DNA from: Opitutaceae bacterium
GTDB lineage: Bacteria > Verrucomicrobiota > Verrucomicrobiia > Opitutales > Opitutaceae
Length of the DNA: 41,832 bases
NCBI GenBank assembly: GCA_046704465.1
Contig: JBJKRV010000097.1
Location: 1-41,832, forward strand
Direction: 5' to 3'
Notes under the pieces: model-generated
What the model was told of the DNA's origin: nothing
The model's input: the letters and a program-made list of their open reading frames with translations, nothing else
The model's database searches: none
Shown: positions 16,644 to 26,310 of the stretch, piece after piece
Position numbering within the stretch: position 1 is the stretch's first letter
Layout: each line of letters begins with the position of its first letter
Program-made: the position numbers and the translations under genes

Positions 16644-17102
16644 TTAAGGAATGATCCGCTCGGTCACAGACAAATGAATCTCCGCGATGTGGCATAGCAC
16701 GTCGCCGAACAGCCGGATGTCGTTCGCCGTGACCTGGCACGGCGCCATGTCCGGAGACATGGCGTTCGCGTACCACCAGTAGGCTTTTTCCGGCTGTTCC
16801 CGAAACTGGGCGCAGACATCGTCGATCGTCTGCTGGAAGGTCTTGTCGCTCGCGTTGGCGTCTTCGAGCTGGAGATGCCCCCGCAAAATGATGTCGTGGA
16901 CGCGCAGGTAGGCCCCGGACTTCTTCTCGGCGACCTTTCCGCGGGATATCTCCCAGCCTCGGATCTTCTTGTCCGTGTCCTGAAAAAGGGTAATATATTT
17001 CTTCCAGTCGAGGGTGAACCGGCTGTAATCGTGCACGACGCCGACCCCGGAAACCTCTCCGAGCAGCGTCGCGATGTCTCCCAGAATAGTCGCATAACTC
17101 AT
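16644..17102 (-). CDS. Tail completion / terminator-like protein
   Basis: The internal ATG at 17102 (MSYATILGD...) overlaps the upstream stop (ATGA). The call rests on position. Confidence 0.5.
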   Translation of the reverse strand: MSYATILGDIATLLGEVSGVGVVHDYSRFTLDWKKYITLFQDTDKKIRGWEISRGKVAEKKSGAYLRVHDIILRGHLQLEDANASDKTFQQTIDDVCAQFREQPEKAYWWYANAMSPDMAPCQVTANDIRLFGDVLCHIAEIHLSVTERIIP

Positions 17103-17626
17103 GCCGTACCCCCCAGGGCGAGACTGATTTCGAGCCCTTCCGCTTGCGCCATCCGAGCGATCGCGTCCTGGTTTTCCCAGTAGGCCCGGAAGAACATCGC
17201 GGCGCCCTTGAACCCTACCCGTCCGATCTTCCGACGGACCAGAAATTCCAGTTGGTCGAGCTTCTTTCCCGCCGCTCCGAACTTCAGGATGAGCCAGGGG
17301 AGAAGGGGCCGCTCGGAAAGGGCTTTGTCTTTTCCGCCCGGCGGCCATTTCCCGGGCCGTCTGCCGCGCTCGATGATGTCGCCGTAGGGATTCGCAGTCA
17401 TGACCATGCCCCGGATGAGGGGCGTCCCCAGGCCTTCGAGCTCCATCTGAATCGACCCCAGGAGGCCGCCCTGTGCCCCGTGCGCGCCGATCGGGGTGCG
17501 CTGCTTCACCTCGCGCAGCAGGTAGGCCGTCAGCATCGTCATGAAGCGGTCCAGGTGCTCTTGGACCACGTCCGCCGGCCTCTCGAAGAGCGGGCCGGAA
17601 ACGGTCATTTTAAGGGAAAAATCCAT
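17099..17626 (-). CDS. HK97 gp10-like head-tail joining protein
   Basis: The internal ATG at 17626 (MDFSLKMTVSGP...) overlaps the upstream stop (TGATG). The sequence ...RTPIGAHGAQGGLLGSIQ... is typical of the gp10 family. Confidence 0.65.
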   Translation of the reverse strand: MDFSLKMTVSGPLFERPADVVQEHLDRFMTMLTAYLLREVKQRTPIGAHGAQGGLLGSIQMELEGLGTPLIRGMVMTANPYGDIIERGRRPGKWPPGGKDKALSERPLLPWLILKFGAAGKKLDQLEFLVRRKIGRVGFKGAAMFFRAYWENQDAIARMAQAEGLEISLALGGTA

Positions 17627-18297
17627 CAATTGCCCCAGGTCCGGATCCAGGTGTTTTTGCCGTGGGTCATCCGCAGGTCGTCCTGCGGGTAGGATGCGCT
17701 CGCCGATGCGCCGGGAGGCCCTCCCTGCTCGTCCGCGCCGATATGGTCGAGGAAGAGCTGCCGCAGCCGCTTCGCGCGGTTTCCGGCCTCGGTGCTCTTC
17801 GTCCGGAAGTTCACGACGTCGGCCGAAATCGTCGGATCCGATGCGTCGAGGTAGCTGTTTGCCAGCGTTTCGAGACACATGGCCGCTGCGAGAGAGGCCA
17901 CGGCGTCGATGTCCGCGGCCGGGATGTCCGCCTCGGCCCGGGACACCGTGTAGTTGATGCGGACACTCTCTCCCGTGGCCGGCTGGACGTAGACGAGCCT
18001 GAGCTGGGTTGCGGCCGGAGACCGGTAAATCTCCCACTCGTTATCGTCCACCACGGCCGTCGGGACTTCGCCCACTGGGTATTCGACACCCAAGATCGCA
18101 GAGAGATCGGCCTCCCAGTCGAGGGGGAGATCCAGCTCGTGCCCGTCCGCTCCGGCGAGATCCGCCGTAACGATCTTCGGCCGGAACTCGCTGTAGCGTC
18201 CGATCGCCGCCGCCACCGCCGGCGTGTAGTCGACGTCATCGGTCAACCGCCCCGTCGAATCCTTCACCTTCGCCTTCACCGTATCGATCAGAGCCAT
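17626..18297 (-). CDS. Putative head-tail connector / structural protein
   Basis: The call rests on position. I recognise no family. Confidence 0.45.
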   Translation of the reverse strand: MALIDTVKAKVKDSTGRLTDDVDYTPAVAAAIGRYSEFRPKIVTADLAGADGHELDLPLDWEADLSAILGVEYPVGEVPTAVVDDNEWEIYRSPAATQLRLVYVQPATGESVRINYTVSRAEADIPAADIDAVASLAAAMCLETLANSYLDASDPTISADVVNFRTKSTEAGNRAKRLRQLFLDHIGADEQGGPPGASASASYPQDDLRMTHGKNTWIRTWGN

Positions 18298-18304
18298 TTT
18301 CTAT

Positions 18305-18340
18305 GTCCGCATCCGTCCGTGGGGGTCCATGTCAGTCCGT
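18305..18340 (+). repeat. Phased GTCCR array C (four units, 10-bp spacing)
   Basis: GTCCGC at 18305, GTCCGT at 18315, GTCCAT at 18325 and GTCCGT at 18335. The array ends 7 nt from the start codon at 18297. Confidence 0.8.
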
Positions 18341-18444
18341 AATTTCTTCTTTCTCCGCGGCCACCGCCGTTTCTGCGGGAACCCCGGAGAAAGCCCGACG
18401 AGCCGATTTCAGCCCGCCGGGCTCGGGCCTGGGAGGGACCCGCG

Positions 18445-18906
18445 CTACTGCCGTTTGAGCACAAGAAATACGGTACAATCCGTCAGGCTCGGCGTGGTCC
18501 CGCCGAGCGTCAGCACAACGGACATCGTACTTTCGTCCGTAAGCGCGGACGTCTTGATCGATGCCTGGTATGTCGTCGCCTGGGCCGCCAGGCTCAACGC
18601 CGCGTTCAGAACCGACGTCGAGCCCATTTTAAGATCGACGGTGTACGTCTCGTCCCCGCTGCTCGTATCGAGCACTTCACCCCGGGCCGTCATACTGACA
18701 AGTGTGCAGGGATACGGTAGCTGAAAGACGATCGGCGTCGCCGTCGCGGTGATCGTGCGGCTGAAGGTCAGCGGCAACACGATATAGCCGGGCGATGCCG
18801 GCGACGGATTCGTCGTCGAAACCGTGGCCCGCGCCGTCATGGGCATCATGGTCAAAAATACCGCCGCCAAGGCGATCAAGGATACTTTGAAAAGGCCTTT
18901 CTTCAT
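18445..18906 (-). CDS. Secreted beta-rich protein with a cleavable signal peptide
   Basis: MKKGLFKVSLIALAAVFLTMMPMTARA-TV... An AGGAG Shine-Dalgarno sequence lies upstream. The gene is flanked by GTCCR arrays B and C. Confidence 0.7.
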   Translation of the reverse strand: MKKGLFKVSLIALAAVFLTMMPMTARATVSTTNPSPASPGYIVLPLTFSRTITATATPIVFQLPYPCTLVSMTARGEVLDTSSGDETYTVDLKMGSTSVLNAALSLAAQATTYQASIKTSALTDESTMSVVLTLGGTTPSLTDCTVFLVLKRQ

Positions 18907-18922
18907 GTCTTGCTCCTAATCC

Positions 18923-18947
18923 GGCCGGCCGCCTCGCGCGGCCGGCC
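18923..18947. terminator. GC hairpin after the capsid gene (10-bp perfect stem, GGCCGGCCGC / GCGGCCGGCC)
   Basis: A T-run (TAATTTTT) follows only on the + strand. On the - strand the hairpin sits between the capsid stop and the next Shine-Dalgarno sequence. It may act as an attenuator or RNA stabiliser. Confidence 0.45.
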
Positions 18948-18955
18948 TAATTTTT

Positions 18956-18992
18956 GTCCGCGTCAGTTCGTGTCAGTCCGCGAAAGTCCGTA
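18956..18992 (+). repeat. Phased GTCCR array B (four units, 10-bp spacing)
   Basis: GTCCGCG at 18956, GTTCGTG at 18966, GTCCGCG at 18976 and GTCCGTA at 18986. The 26-nt core 18966-18991 matches 27449-27474 at 24 of 26 positions. Confidence 0.8.
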
Positions 18993-19002
18993 TTCTTCCC
19001 CG

Positions 19003-21453
19003 CTATCCAGCGACCACTTCCATGCGCGCGTTCCGGTAGTCGTCGATCTCGCACTCATACTCGTGTCGGACCTTGTACTGGATCTTGTCCGCGACGAACA
19101 TCTGGCCGACGGCCGGGTTGTCCGCGACGAACATTTCCGGCTCCTGCCGCCCGTGGAGGAAGGCAAGCTCCAGGATCGGGCAAAGGGCCGGATCCCCGAG
19201 CATGATCCAGTCGGTCACGTCCGTCATGAAGGGGTTCACGAAGATCCCTTCATTGTTCGCGCCGAAGTACTGGAACATGGCGTTCCCGAAGTTCGGAGAG
19301 CCCGGGAGTCCCCGGCTCTGGTTCAGTTCCGTGGCCGTGCCCCAGAGATCGGTCGGGATGGAGAGCGTCTTCGGGGTCAGGCCGATGCGCTCGCCGCTCC
19401 CGGGCTCCGCCTGCTTCTCGAAGGCGATCTTGGCCGCCACCGCCGGATCGTGGGCATAGGCCGTGGACCCGAGATTCCCGTGATCGACGTGGAACATCGC
19501 CTTCCCATCGCCCTTGTAGTTGTCGTTATTGATGAGCTTCGCCCAGCAGCGCTTCGCGAGGGTTCTCCTCGCGGCCCGGGGGATCCGGCTTCGGATCCGG
19601 TCCACGGCCCGCATGTCGTCGTTCAGGATCATCTGACGGGTGATGGTGATGATCCCGCCCTTCTGGTTGATGGCGTAGGAGATCTCCTCGTCGGAGAGGA
19701 CGCCGAGATCCGGATAGTCCACCGTCTCCGGGGTGATGTCCGGGAGGTCACCGAAATAGGCGATCTTCACCGATTCCATGGTCCGGAAGTCCTGCGCGTT
19801 CCGGATGTTCGGACCGACCAGGAGGCTCACGCCGTAGTCGCTCATTTCCCGGTAGTCCGCGATCATCTGCCGATAGAGGGAATTCCCGAGGACGTAGGAA
19901 AAGGTCGTGCTCCCGAACGCCGCCTGCATGCGCTGGATCTGGCCCGGGTCGAGATAGCCGCGGACCTCCGAATCCCCGGTCATCTCGATGTAGGCTGCCT
20001 TCAGGCTCCGGAACTGCGGGACGTCCTTGAACGTATCCCCCACCGGAACGCCGAAGAGCTTGTCGACGGCCGCCTGGAACTTCTCGTTCCCCTCGCGACC
20101 GACCCGCGCCTGTCCGGCGCCCGCTACCGCGCCGGATCCGTTGAGGCTGTCCACGAGTTCCTTGGTCTCCTGGATCGCCGCCTGGAGTTCTTCCGGCTTG
20201 TATTCGATGTCCGCGAACCGGCGACGAAGGGATGCCTGGAACTTCTCCGGGAGCTTCGAGGCCGTAAGCGTCTGGTCCAGGATCATCCGGGAAAGGGACG
20301 CCTGGAGCGTTTTCACGGCGGGATCCGGGCCGATCGTGAGAACTTTTTTCAGCTCGGCCGCGACCGCCGCGACAAGCTTGCCGTCAACGGCGCCGTCGCC
20401 CGGGCCGGGCGCTTCCGCCATCGCCGCGACGAGCTTTTCAAGGGCCTGGTCTTCGGTGATCGTTCCGGCGGTCATCGCCTCCTCGATCTCTTTCACCAGG
20501 TCGGGCCGCGTTTTCTTCATGGCGACCAGCAGTTTTACCAGCATTTCGCGCTCTCTTTCTCCGCCGGCCGAAGCGGCGGCCATTTGAATGAATTTTCCGG
20601 CGTTTGTCGGGTCGTACACAACGTCGACCTCTACGGATTTGATCGTCACGGGCTGCCGGGCCTGTCTCCCCGCGACCATCACGGTCTTCGACGTCCCCAG
20701 GGCGTCGAGCGACAGGCCGTAGAGATCCGGCTTTCCCCGGTCGAAGGAATCGATCAGGCCATCCCGGAGCCATTTCGCGGACGTTAGGATGTTGAAATTC
20801 GCCTCGATGGCGGTTCCCGTGTCCGTGACGTTCGAGAGCCAGCCCACGATTTCCTTCACCGATTTGCCGAAGGTCTTCCCGCTCTGGTGCTGGCTCTCGT
20901 TCAAAGCAAAGACACGCGCGCCCTCCATGAGCGGGATCGCCGCGACCAGGGGCTCCCGGGTCCAATTGATCCGGCCATCCTTTCCGAGCCCGTATTCGTT
21001 TACCTGAACACGCCAGGTGTATCCGTAGGAATCGTCCGCGGGGTCTCCGACCGCGCCCAGAAACCGCGTGCTCCCCGGGCCGTGGCCGTCGAAAAGGGTT
21101 TCGCCGGATTCGGCCGCCTTCATCCCGTCGATCGCGGCGATGAGTTTCCCGGCCTCCTCGAAAATAGCCGTATCCTTCTGCTGAGCGGCCCGCTGGCGGA
21201 TCGCGATCAGGGCGCTCCGATAGACCTTCCCGCCCTTTCCGAAGGGATACGCCCAGGCGTTCTTTACCGTCTCCGGCACTCCCGGCGATACCCCGAGGTG
21301 CATGGCGCCGAAGGCCTTCCAATCCTTCGGATCCCCGAGCATCCGGTTCTCGTCATCTGCCGAGATCGACCAGGCGCTCGCCTTGTCGACCGCCCCGGAT
21401 TCGATGAGGCCCTTGGCATGGGCCGCGCCGCTCTTGTTCAGTCCGTGGGTCAT
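19003..21453 (-). CDS. Prohead protease - scaffold - major capsid protein fusion (816 aa)
   Basis: Residues ~170-300 are protease-like (ARVFALNESQHQSGK...LYGLSLDA). Residues ~330-480 are helical and Ala/Glu-rich. The C-terminal ~330 aa look like a major capsid protein. Confidence 0.7.
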   Translation of the reverse strand: MTHGLNKSGAAHAKGLIESGAVDKASAWSISADDENRMLGDPKDWKAFGAMHLGVSPGVPETVKNAWAYPFGKGGKVYRSALIAIRQRAAQQKDTAIFEEAGKLIAAIDGMKAAESGETLFDGHGPGSTRFLGAVGDPADDSYGYTWRVQVNEYGLGKDGRINWTREPLVAAIPLMEGARVFALNESQHQSGKTFGKSVKEIVGWLSNVTDTGTAIEANFNILTSAKWLRDGLIDSFDRGKPDLYGLSLDALGTSKTVMVAGRQARQPVTIKSVEVDVVYDPTNAGKFIQMAAASAGGEREREMLVKLLVAMKKTRPDLVKEIEEAMTAGTITEDQALEKLVAAMAEAPGPGDGAVDGKLVAAVAAELKKVLTIGPDPAVKTLQASLSRMILDQTLTASKLPEKFQASLRRRFADIEYKPEELQAAIQETKELVDSLNGSGAVAGAGQARVGREGNEKFQAAVDKLFGVPVGDTFKDVPQFRSLKAAYIEMTGDSEVRGYLDPGQIQRMQAAFGSTTFSYVLGNSLYRQMIADYREMSDYGVSLLVGPNIRNAQDFRTMESVKIAYFGDLPDITPETVDYPDLGVLSDEEISYAINQKGGIITITRQMILNDDMRAVDRIRSRIPRAARRTLAKRCWAKLINNDNYKGDGKAMFHVDHGNLGSTAYAHDPAVAAKIAFEKQAEPGSGERIGLTPKTLSIPTDLWGTATELNQSRGLPGSPNFGNAMFQYFGANNEGIFVNPFMTDVTDWIMLGDPALCPILELAFLHGRQEPEMFVADNPAVGQMFVADKIQYKVRHEYECEIDDYRNARMEVVAG

Positions 21454-21459
21454 GTCGTG

Positions 21460-21708
21460 CTAACCCTTCCCTTTCCCGCCGGCGACATCCGCCGGCGCCT
21501 TTCTCTTCGGGACCCGGTGCTTGCGTCCGTCGGAGCCGACGATCACCACATGCTCGCCCGTATCCGCCCAGGACAGCACGTGTTCCGGGGTCATCTCCTC
21601 TTCCCTGGGGATGATGACGGCCTTCGCTCCGGGTTTCACGGTTTTTTGGGCGCTGCGGTGTGTCAGCCCCTCCAGCCATTTCTTGTCGATCGGTTTGATC
21701 GCTGCCAT
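21460..21708 (-). CDS. Hypothetical small head-module protein
   Basis: An 82-aa ORF directly upstream of the capsid gene. Confidence 0.5.
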   Translation of the reverse strand: MAAIKPIDKKWLEGLTHRSAQKTVKPGAKAVIIPREEEMTPEHVLSWADTGEHVVIVGSDGRKHRVPKRKAPADVAGGKGKG

Positions 21709-21886
21709 GTCGGTCTCCTTTGCTCGGTTTCGCTTTGCGTGGCCGATCCGGGAAAACCCGTCCCGGCAAGTGCGTGAATTTTAATCCCAGGGCATTCAGG
21801 GCCGTTTATAAACGGGGTAAGCCCTCCCAACCCGGGGGATTGCCTGCCCCGTCCCGGGATCGTCGATCCTGGGGCCTCTCAGCGCG

Positions 21887-22696
21887 TCAGCCCCAATCCG
21901 GGTGATAGGGCACGAGATCGCACCCGCAATGGATCACTTCCTGGATCGGGGCCTTGGGGTCGCGCGGGAAGCGCAGGGCGTAGCCGTTCGACATGAAAGG
22001 CTCGCCCGCCGGCTTTCTCACCCCGTCGAGCGCAAGGTGACTGATTCGCGCCCGCATCGGGTGCCCGGCATGCCACCACTCCCCCATCATTCCCGGCACC
22101 GTGGCCGCGGCCTGCCGGATCCCCTTATAGGTCGCGTAGCTGTAGGCGCGCCCCATTTCGAGCTCCGTGACCGTCTGCGCCCGGGCCTCGATGCTCTTGA
22201 AGATCCCGGGGCTTTCCAGCGTGCCCGCGATGTTCCGCGCGACCTGAAAAGGCGTCTGCTGGCCGAGGAGTCCCAGGGAAAGCTCTCCCTGGATCTTTGA
22301 CATCATGTCCTCGGAGAGCCCGTCGATGCGGAATGCCGTGAACTCCTTGAGGCTCTCCAGCACCGTCCGGGGCACGTACCCCGTGGCGAACCCGATCTGC
22401 CCCCCCGCCTGGGCCGCGGCAAAGGGCAGATCCCCCCCGGCCGTCCACATCGTATCGAGTTGTCCGGAGAGAGCGTTCTTCGCCTGGGCCGCGAACCGGT
22501 CGATGTCCGCCTGGATCTTCGGGAGCATCGCCCGGATCCGCGCGCCGGAGACGGTGTCCTCCGGGGTCGCCTGGATCTCCGCCATCACCTGGCGCTTCAC
22601 CTCGGCAAGGAGGCCTGCGACCACTGCCTGGCCGTCAAGAATTCCTTGATCCCGCTCCTGGATGAGCGCCCGAATTTTCGGCGTAACGATGGCCAT
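21887..22696 (-). CDS. Head morphogenesis protein (Mu F / SPP1 gp7 family)
   Basis: The C-terminal region reads WWHAGHPMRARISHLALDG...HCGCDLVPY. The gene follows the portal gene. Confidence 0.8.
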   Translation of the reverse strand: MAIVTPKIRALIQERDQGILDGQAVVAGLLAEVKRQVMAEIQATPEDTVSGARIRAMLPKIQADIDRFAAQAKNALSGQLDTMWTAGGDLPFAAAQAGGQIGFATGYVPRTVLESLKEFTAFRIDGLSEDMMSKIQGELSLGLLGQQTPFQVARNIAGTLESPGIFKSIEARAQTVTELEMGRAYSYATYKGIRQAAATVPGMMGEWWHAGHPMRARISHLALDGVRKPAGEPFMSNGYALRFPRDPKAPIQEVIHCGCDLVPYHPDWG

Positions 22697-22699
22697 CGG

Positions 22700-24124
22700 T
22701 TATCCCGCCGTCCCGGGCTGCGCGTCCGGCTGCGGCTTCGCATCCGGAGACGTTCCCGTCTTCTTATAGTCCTGGTAGTTCTGGGTTAGATCCATCGAGT
22801 CGGGGTGGATCTCGAAGCCGATCAGATCGGAGATGTGCGCGAACATTTTTACTGCGGTCGGCTCATCGATGAGTCCCTGGGTCTCGGCCGCGACGATGGC
22901 GGCGGTCAGGTCCTTCACCGCGCCGCTGACGAGGGAGACGTCCCGCTCCATGGTCTCCGGCTTCTGGACCGCGAAATCAAACGCCTCGTCTTCCGGAACA
23001 TGGAGATAGCCCGCATCGATCGCGCCTTGAATCGCCGTCGTGAACATCGTCTCCAGGATGAACTTCACCAGGTTCTGCCGGGCGTCGATCAGGGCCTTCA
23101 TGGGCTCGTTTCCTTCCTTCGCCGCGGCACGGTTCACGTCCATGGCCCCTCCGTACCAGTGGGGGGGGATGCATTTCGAGCTGATGATGTGGAGCCGGAA
23201 GACCCCGGCCGCCTCCTTCATCTCGACCGATTTCAGATTCGGCGCGACGGCCTGCCAGGTGACTTTTTCGTTATGCACCCGCACGGCCCCGTCCGGGTTT
23301 CGAGCGAACTGCCGGGCCATCGCGTCGCATTGCTTATCGTCCGCGTTCTGAACGGTCACGTCGTAGATGAAATTGTTCTGCTTTTTCGCCTTCTCGGCCG
23401 TCGCGAACACGAATTCCTCGTACTCGTTCAGCCAATCCGCGATGGCAAAGAGGTCGCTCGTTCCGTAGGGATCGTTCGAAACCCGGTTGATAGCGATCAG
23501 GAAGCACTCCCCGTCCGTGTATTTGTCCCGCAGATCTTTTGCGGACTGGGAGATCACGGTCTCGGTCTCGCCGATCAGGATGGTTTTTAGCTTCCGTTCC
23601 TTTCCGGTCTCGATGTTCTGGACCGCGACCCCGATCAGGACCTCGGCGTTTTCCGGGTCGGCCACGACCTGCACGACCTGGCCCGGATCGACCATGCCGA
23701 GCCGGATCCGCCCCGTCTGCTCGCTTCTGAACACCGGCCAGCACTGCAGCCCGAAGATGGAGAGCTCCCGGACTTTTTGCTCCAACTTGATATCCATCCG
23801 GTTGATGGCGTCGTACCAAAAATCGTCCATGATCTTTTTGACGTCCGGGTTCTTCGCCGTGTAGGTGAAGCCCTTCCCGGCGGTGAGGGCCGCGAGGATC
23901 TCGACGATCCAGTTGGCGAGGGGGTTCGTTTTCCAGAGCCAGTAGCAGATCTCGACCTGTCGCTGCCAGGTCGCGACCGGGAGCTCCCGCACGCTGTTCC
24001 CGGTCAGCCGCCGCCACTGGATATCGTCCAGGGCCTGGGAGGCCGCGGCCGGCAGCCGATCCTCGACCGCCCGCTCGATCGTCCCCGAAAACATCCGCTC
24101 GGCCACCTTCTTCAGAACTCCCAT
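22700..24124 (-). CDS. Portal protein
   Basis: Size and position after TerL. ATG 24124 overlaps the TerL stop (TGATG). GTG 24127 is an alternative start. Confidence 0.8.
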   Translation of the reverse strand: MGVLKKVAERMFSGTIERAVEDRLPAAASQALDDIQWRRLTGNSVRELPVATWQRQVEICYWLWKTNPLANWIVEILAALTAGKGFTYTAKNPDVKKIMDDFWYDAINRMDIKLEQKVRELSIFGLQCWPVFRSEQTGRIRLGMVDPGQVVQVVADPENAEVLIGVAVQNIETGKERKLKTILIGETETVISQSAKDLRDKYTDGECFLIAINRVSNDPYGTSDLFAIADWLNEYEEFVFATAEKAKKQNNFIYDVTVQNADDKQCDAMARQFARNPDGAVRVHNEKVTWQAVAPNLKSVEMKEAAGVFRLHIISSKCIPPHWYGGAMDVNRAAAKEGNEPMKALIDARQNLVKFILETMFTTAIQGAIDAGYLHVPEDEAFDFAVQKPETMERDVSLVSGAVKDLTAAIVAAETQGLIDEPTAVKMFAHISDLIGFEIHPDSMDLTQNYQDYKKTGTSPDAKPQPDAQPGTAG

Positions 24125-25812
24125 CACGCGCTCCTCCGCTGAAACAGCCGTCCCAGGCCGCCCCGGATTCCCATCAACGGCTCCCGTCTCGCGTCCGCCT
24201 CGTCATCGGCGCCGGCGCACGCCGCCGGAACCATGCCCTGCTCGCAAAGCCCCAAAAGCATCTCCAGGCAGTCCGGCCCGTCGTCATGGCCCCCGCGGTT
24301 CCCGGGCCGGTAGTAGATCAACTGCCGCTTCAGTTCCCGGTGCTCCGCCCGGAATCGGATCCATCCGTTCTTGATCCATGGCTGCAGCCGGATGATCCGC
24401 AGGTCCTTGTCCGTGGTCGGCTTGTGCTCGTCGATGTTGATGGTGAGCCCCTGGGCGTGCGCGAGCTTTTCGAACTCGCGCGAGAAGAATTCCTGAAACT
24501 GCACCGTCTCCATCCGGAACCGGTCGAAATGATCCCGCTCATGATAGGTGAGGATGTCCGCCATGATCCGGTCCGGCTGCCGCTTCTCGATGTCGGCGAT
24601 GTCGAGGTAGAGGATCCCCTCCTTCATCCGTCCGCCCATGATGGCCGAGGGGTCGTTTCGCTTGTTTTTCTTCCCCAGGGAGGGGTCGCAGGCCCCGGCA
24701 TGGGGTATCCCCTCGAAATCCACGTCGCCGTCTTCCCAGTCGCGGAACCATTCTTCGAGAAAGATCTGGTCCTCTGGATTCAGGGGCTCGTTCTGTTTTT
24801 CGGAGTCGAAATAGGCCGGCCCGTCCGCCACCCGCATCTTCATCAGGTAGTAGTAAGGCTCCATCTCCGGCCAGAGGACCAGGGCACCGGAGAGCATCGT
24901 TTCCTGGTGCTGTTCGAAGAAGGCATCGGCAAGCTCTTCGGCTTCCTCTTTCCCGAGGTTCGTGTCGGAAAAGATCCCCTCCCACTGGCCCCATAGGGTC
25001 TTTGCCGGGGACCACTTGATGACCGATTGGAACTTCCGGCCCTTCCATCCGGGCCGTTCCAGGAGCCGCTGCAAGAGGCTTTCGTGGTGAAGGATCGTCC
25101 CGATCACGATGTAGACCGTATCCGGCTGGCCGATCTTCATCAGCGCCTTGAAGAACCAGTTCTCGAGTTTCCTCCGCTGGTCCGGACTCTCAACCGATTC
25201 GTCGTTTTCGAGGTCGTCCCCGATCACGAGGTCCGGCCGGAAGCTCCCGTGCCGGAGTCCCCGGAGCTTCTGCCCGCTCCCCGCGCCCTGGATCTTCACA
25301 CCGTTCCGGGTGATGATCTTATCCGAGCGCCAGACCGGCCCCTCGCCGTAGAGTTCCGGGAAGTCCTGCTTGATGCGCTCGTTCGTTTCGAGCTCCAGCT
25401 TGATGAAGGAGATGAACTCCTCGGCTTGCCCTTTGGTCTCTGAAACGATCAGGGCGTAGCGCCGGGTACGGAACATCGCGGCCGAAAGCGGCAGGAGAAA
25501 GGTCGTCCATGTCGACTTCGCGTTCCCGCGCGGGGCCGCGTCGGCTTCCCGGTCGCCCTCTCCGGAATCGTTCGCGCGGGCGATCATCTCCGGGTAGCGC
25601 TTCGCGAAATACTTGTGAAGGGCGGACGATGGCTTGTTGAAATAGTGCGGAAAATAGGTGCGGCCGCAGAAGTCGAGATCCTTTTCCGCCCGGGCCTTTC
25701 GTTCCCGCTGCGCCTTCTTGTTTTCGGGGAACGGCCGGGCCGCCGCCTGGATCATCTGGCGGATCGCCTCGACTTCCTTCGAAAACTGTCGCTCTTTTGC
25801 GTTTCCCGCCAT
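24124..25812 (-). CDS. Terminase large subunit
   Basis: A Walker-A-like PRGNAKST, then LVIGDDLEND, and a C-terminal nuclease-type region. Confidence 0.9.
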   Translation of the reverse strand: MAGNAKERQFSKEVEAIRQMIQAAARPFPENKKAQRERKARAEKDLDFCGRTYFPHYFNKPSSALHKYFAKRYPEMIARANDSGEGDREADAAPRGNAKSTWTTFLLPLSAAMFRTRRYALIVSETKGQAEEFISFIKLELETNERIKQDFPELYGEGPVWRSDKIITRNGVKIQGAGSGQKLRGLRHGSFRPDLVIGDDLENDESVESPDQRRKLENWFFKALMKIGQPDTVYIVIGTILHHESLLQRLLERPGWKGRKFQSVIKWSPAKTLWGQWEGIFSDTNLGKEEAEELADAFFEQHQETMLSGALVLWPEMEPYYYLMKMRVADGPAYFDSEKQNEPLNPEDQIFLEEWFRDWEDGDVDFEGIPHAGACDPSLGKKNKRNDPSAIMGGRMKEGILYLDIADIEKRQPDRIMADILTYHERDHFDRFRMETVQFQEFFSREFEKLAHAQGLTINIDEHKPTTDKDLRIIRLQPWIKNGWIRFRAEHRELKRQLIYYRPGNRGGHDDGPDCLEMLLGLCEQGMVPAACAGADDEADARREPLMGIRGGLGRLFQRRSA

Positions 25813-26310
25813 CTATTTCCCCTGGTACTTCACGCGACCCCAGGTCACGATGTCGTCGAAATTGTCCTCGATCACGGCGACGATTCCGGCGTCGTTCCGG
25901 CTGCCGTACTCGATCAGGTCCTTCAGAAAATCGAGAAAAAGGGCCGCGCGGTACTCGGCGCTCTTCATGGCGCCCTCCCGCTCGGACTGCTCGAAGCGCT
26001 GGACGAGCGCGCCGAGCTTCGAAATACCGTCGAGCGCGGCCGGCGTGATCTTCCCGGCCGGAGCCTCCTCGGCGAAACCGAGCTCGCGCTCCAGGAGATT
26101 CTTCAGCCGGAGGCACATCGTCTGCTTCTGCGCCCTGGCCTTGTCCCAATCGTCGAGCTCGTCCCCGGGCCGCTTCGTGTCCGCCTTCCACTGTGAAAGC
26201 GTCTGCCGGGATACCCCGAGCGCCGCCTCGATGTCCGTCAAGGATTTCCCCTCGGCGAACATATGGAACGCGACATCGTAGAGTCGCTCCTTGGCGCCTT
26301 TCTCAGCCAT
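25813..26310 (-). CDS. Small-terminase-like DNA-binding protein (Mu gp27 / DUF1804-like)
   Basis: The internal ATG at 26310 (MAEKGAKERLYDVAFHMFAEGKSLTDIEAALGVSRQTLSQWK) overlaps the upstream stop. Confidence 0.65.
   Translation of the reverse strand: MAEKGAKERLYDVAFHMFAEGKSLTDIEAALGVSRQTLSQWKADTKRPGDELDDWDKARAQKQTMCLRLKNLLERELGFAEEAPAGKITPAALDGISKLGALVQRFEQSEREGAMKSAEYRAALFLDFLKDLIEYGSRNDAGIVAVIEDNFDDIVTWGRVKYQGK

Noticed and set aside
21709-21886. GTCCC-containing 178-bp gap between the Mu-F-like gene and the small head gene, considered as a sixth GTCCR array
   Set aside because: It contains only two GTCCCGG occurrences with no 9-10 bp phasing. It does contain the palindrome CCGTTTATAAACGG and GC stems, which probably form an ordinary intergenic terminator or promoter.
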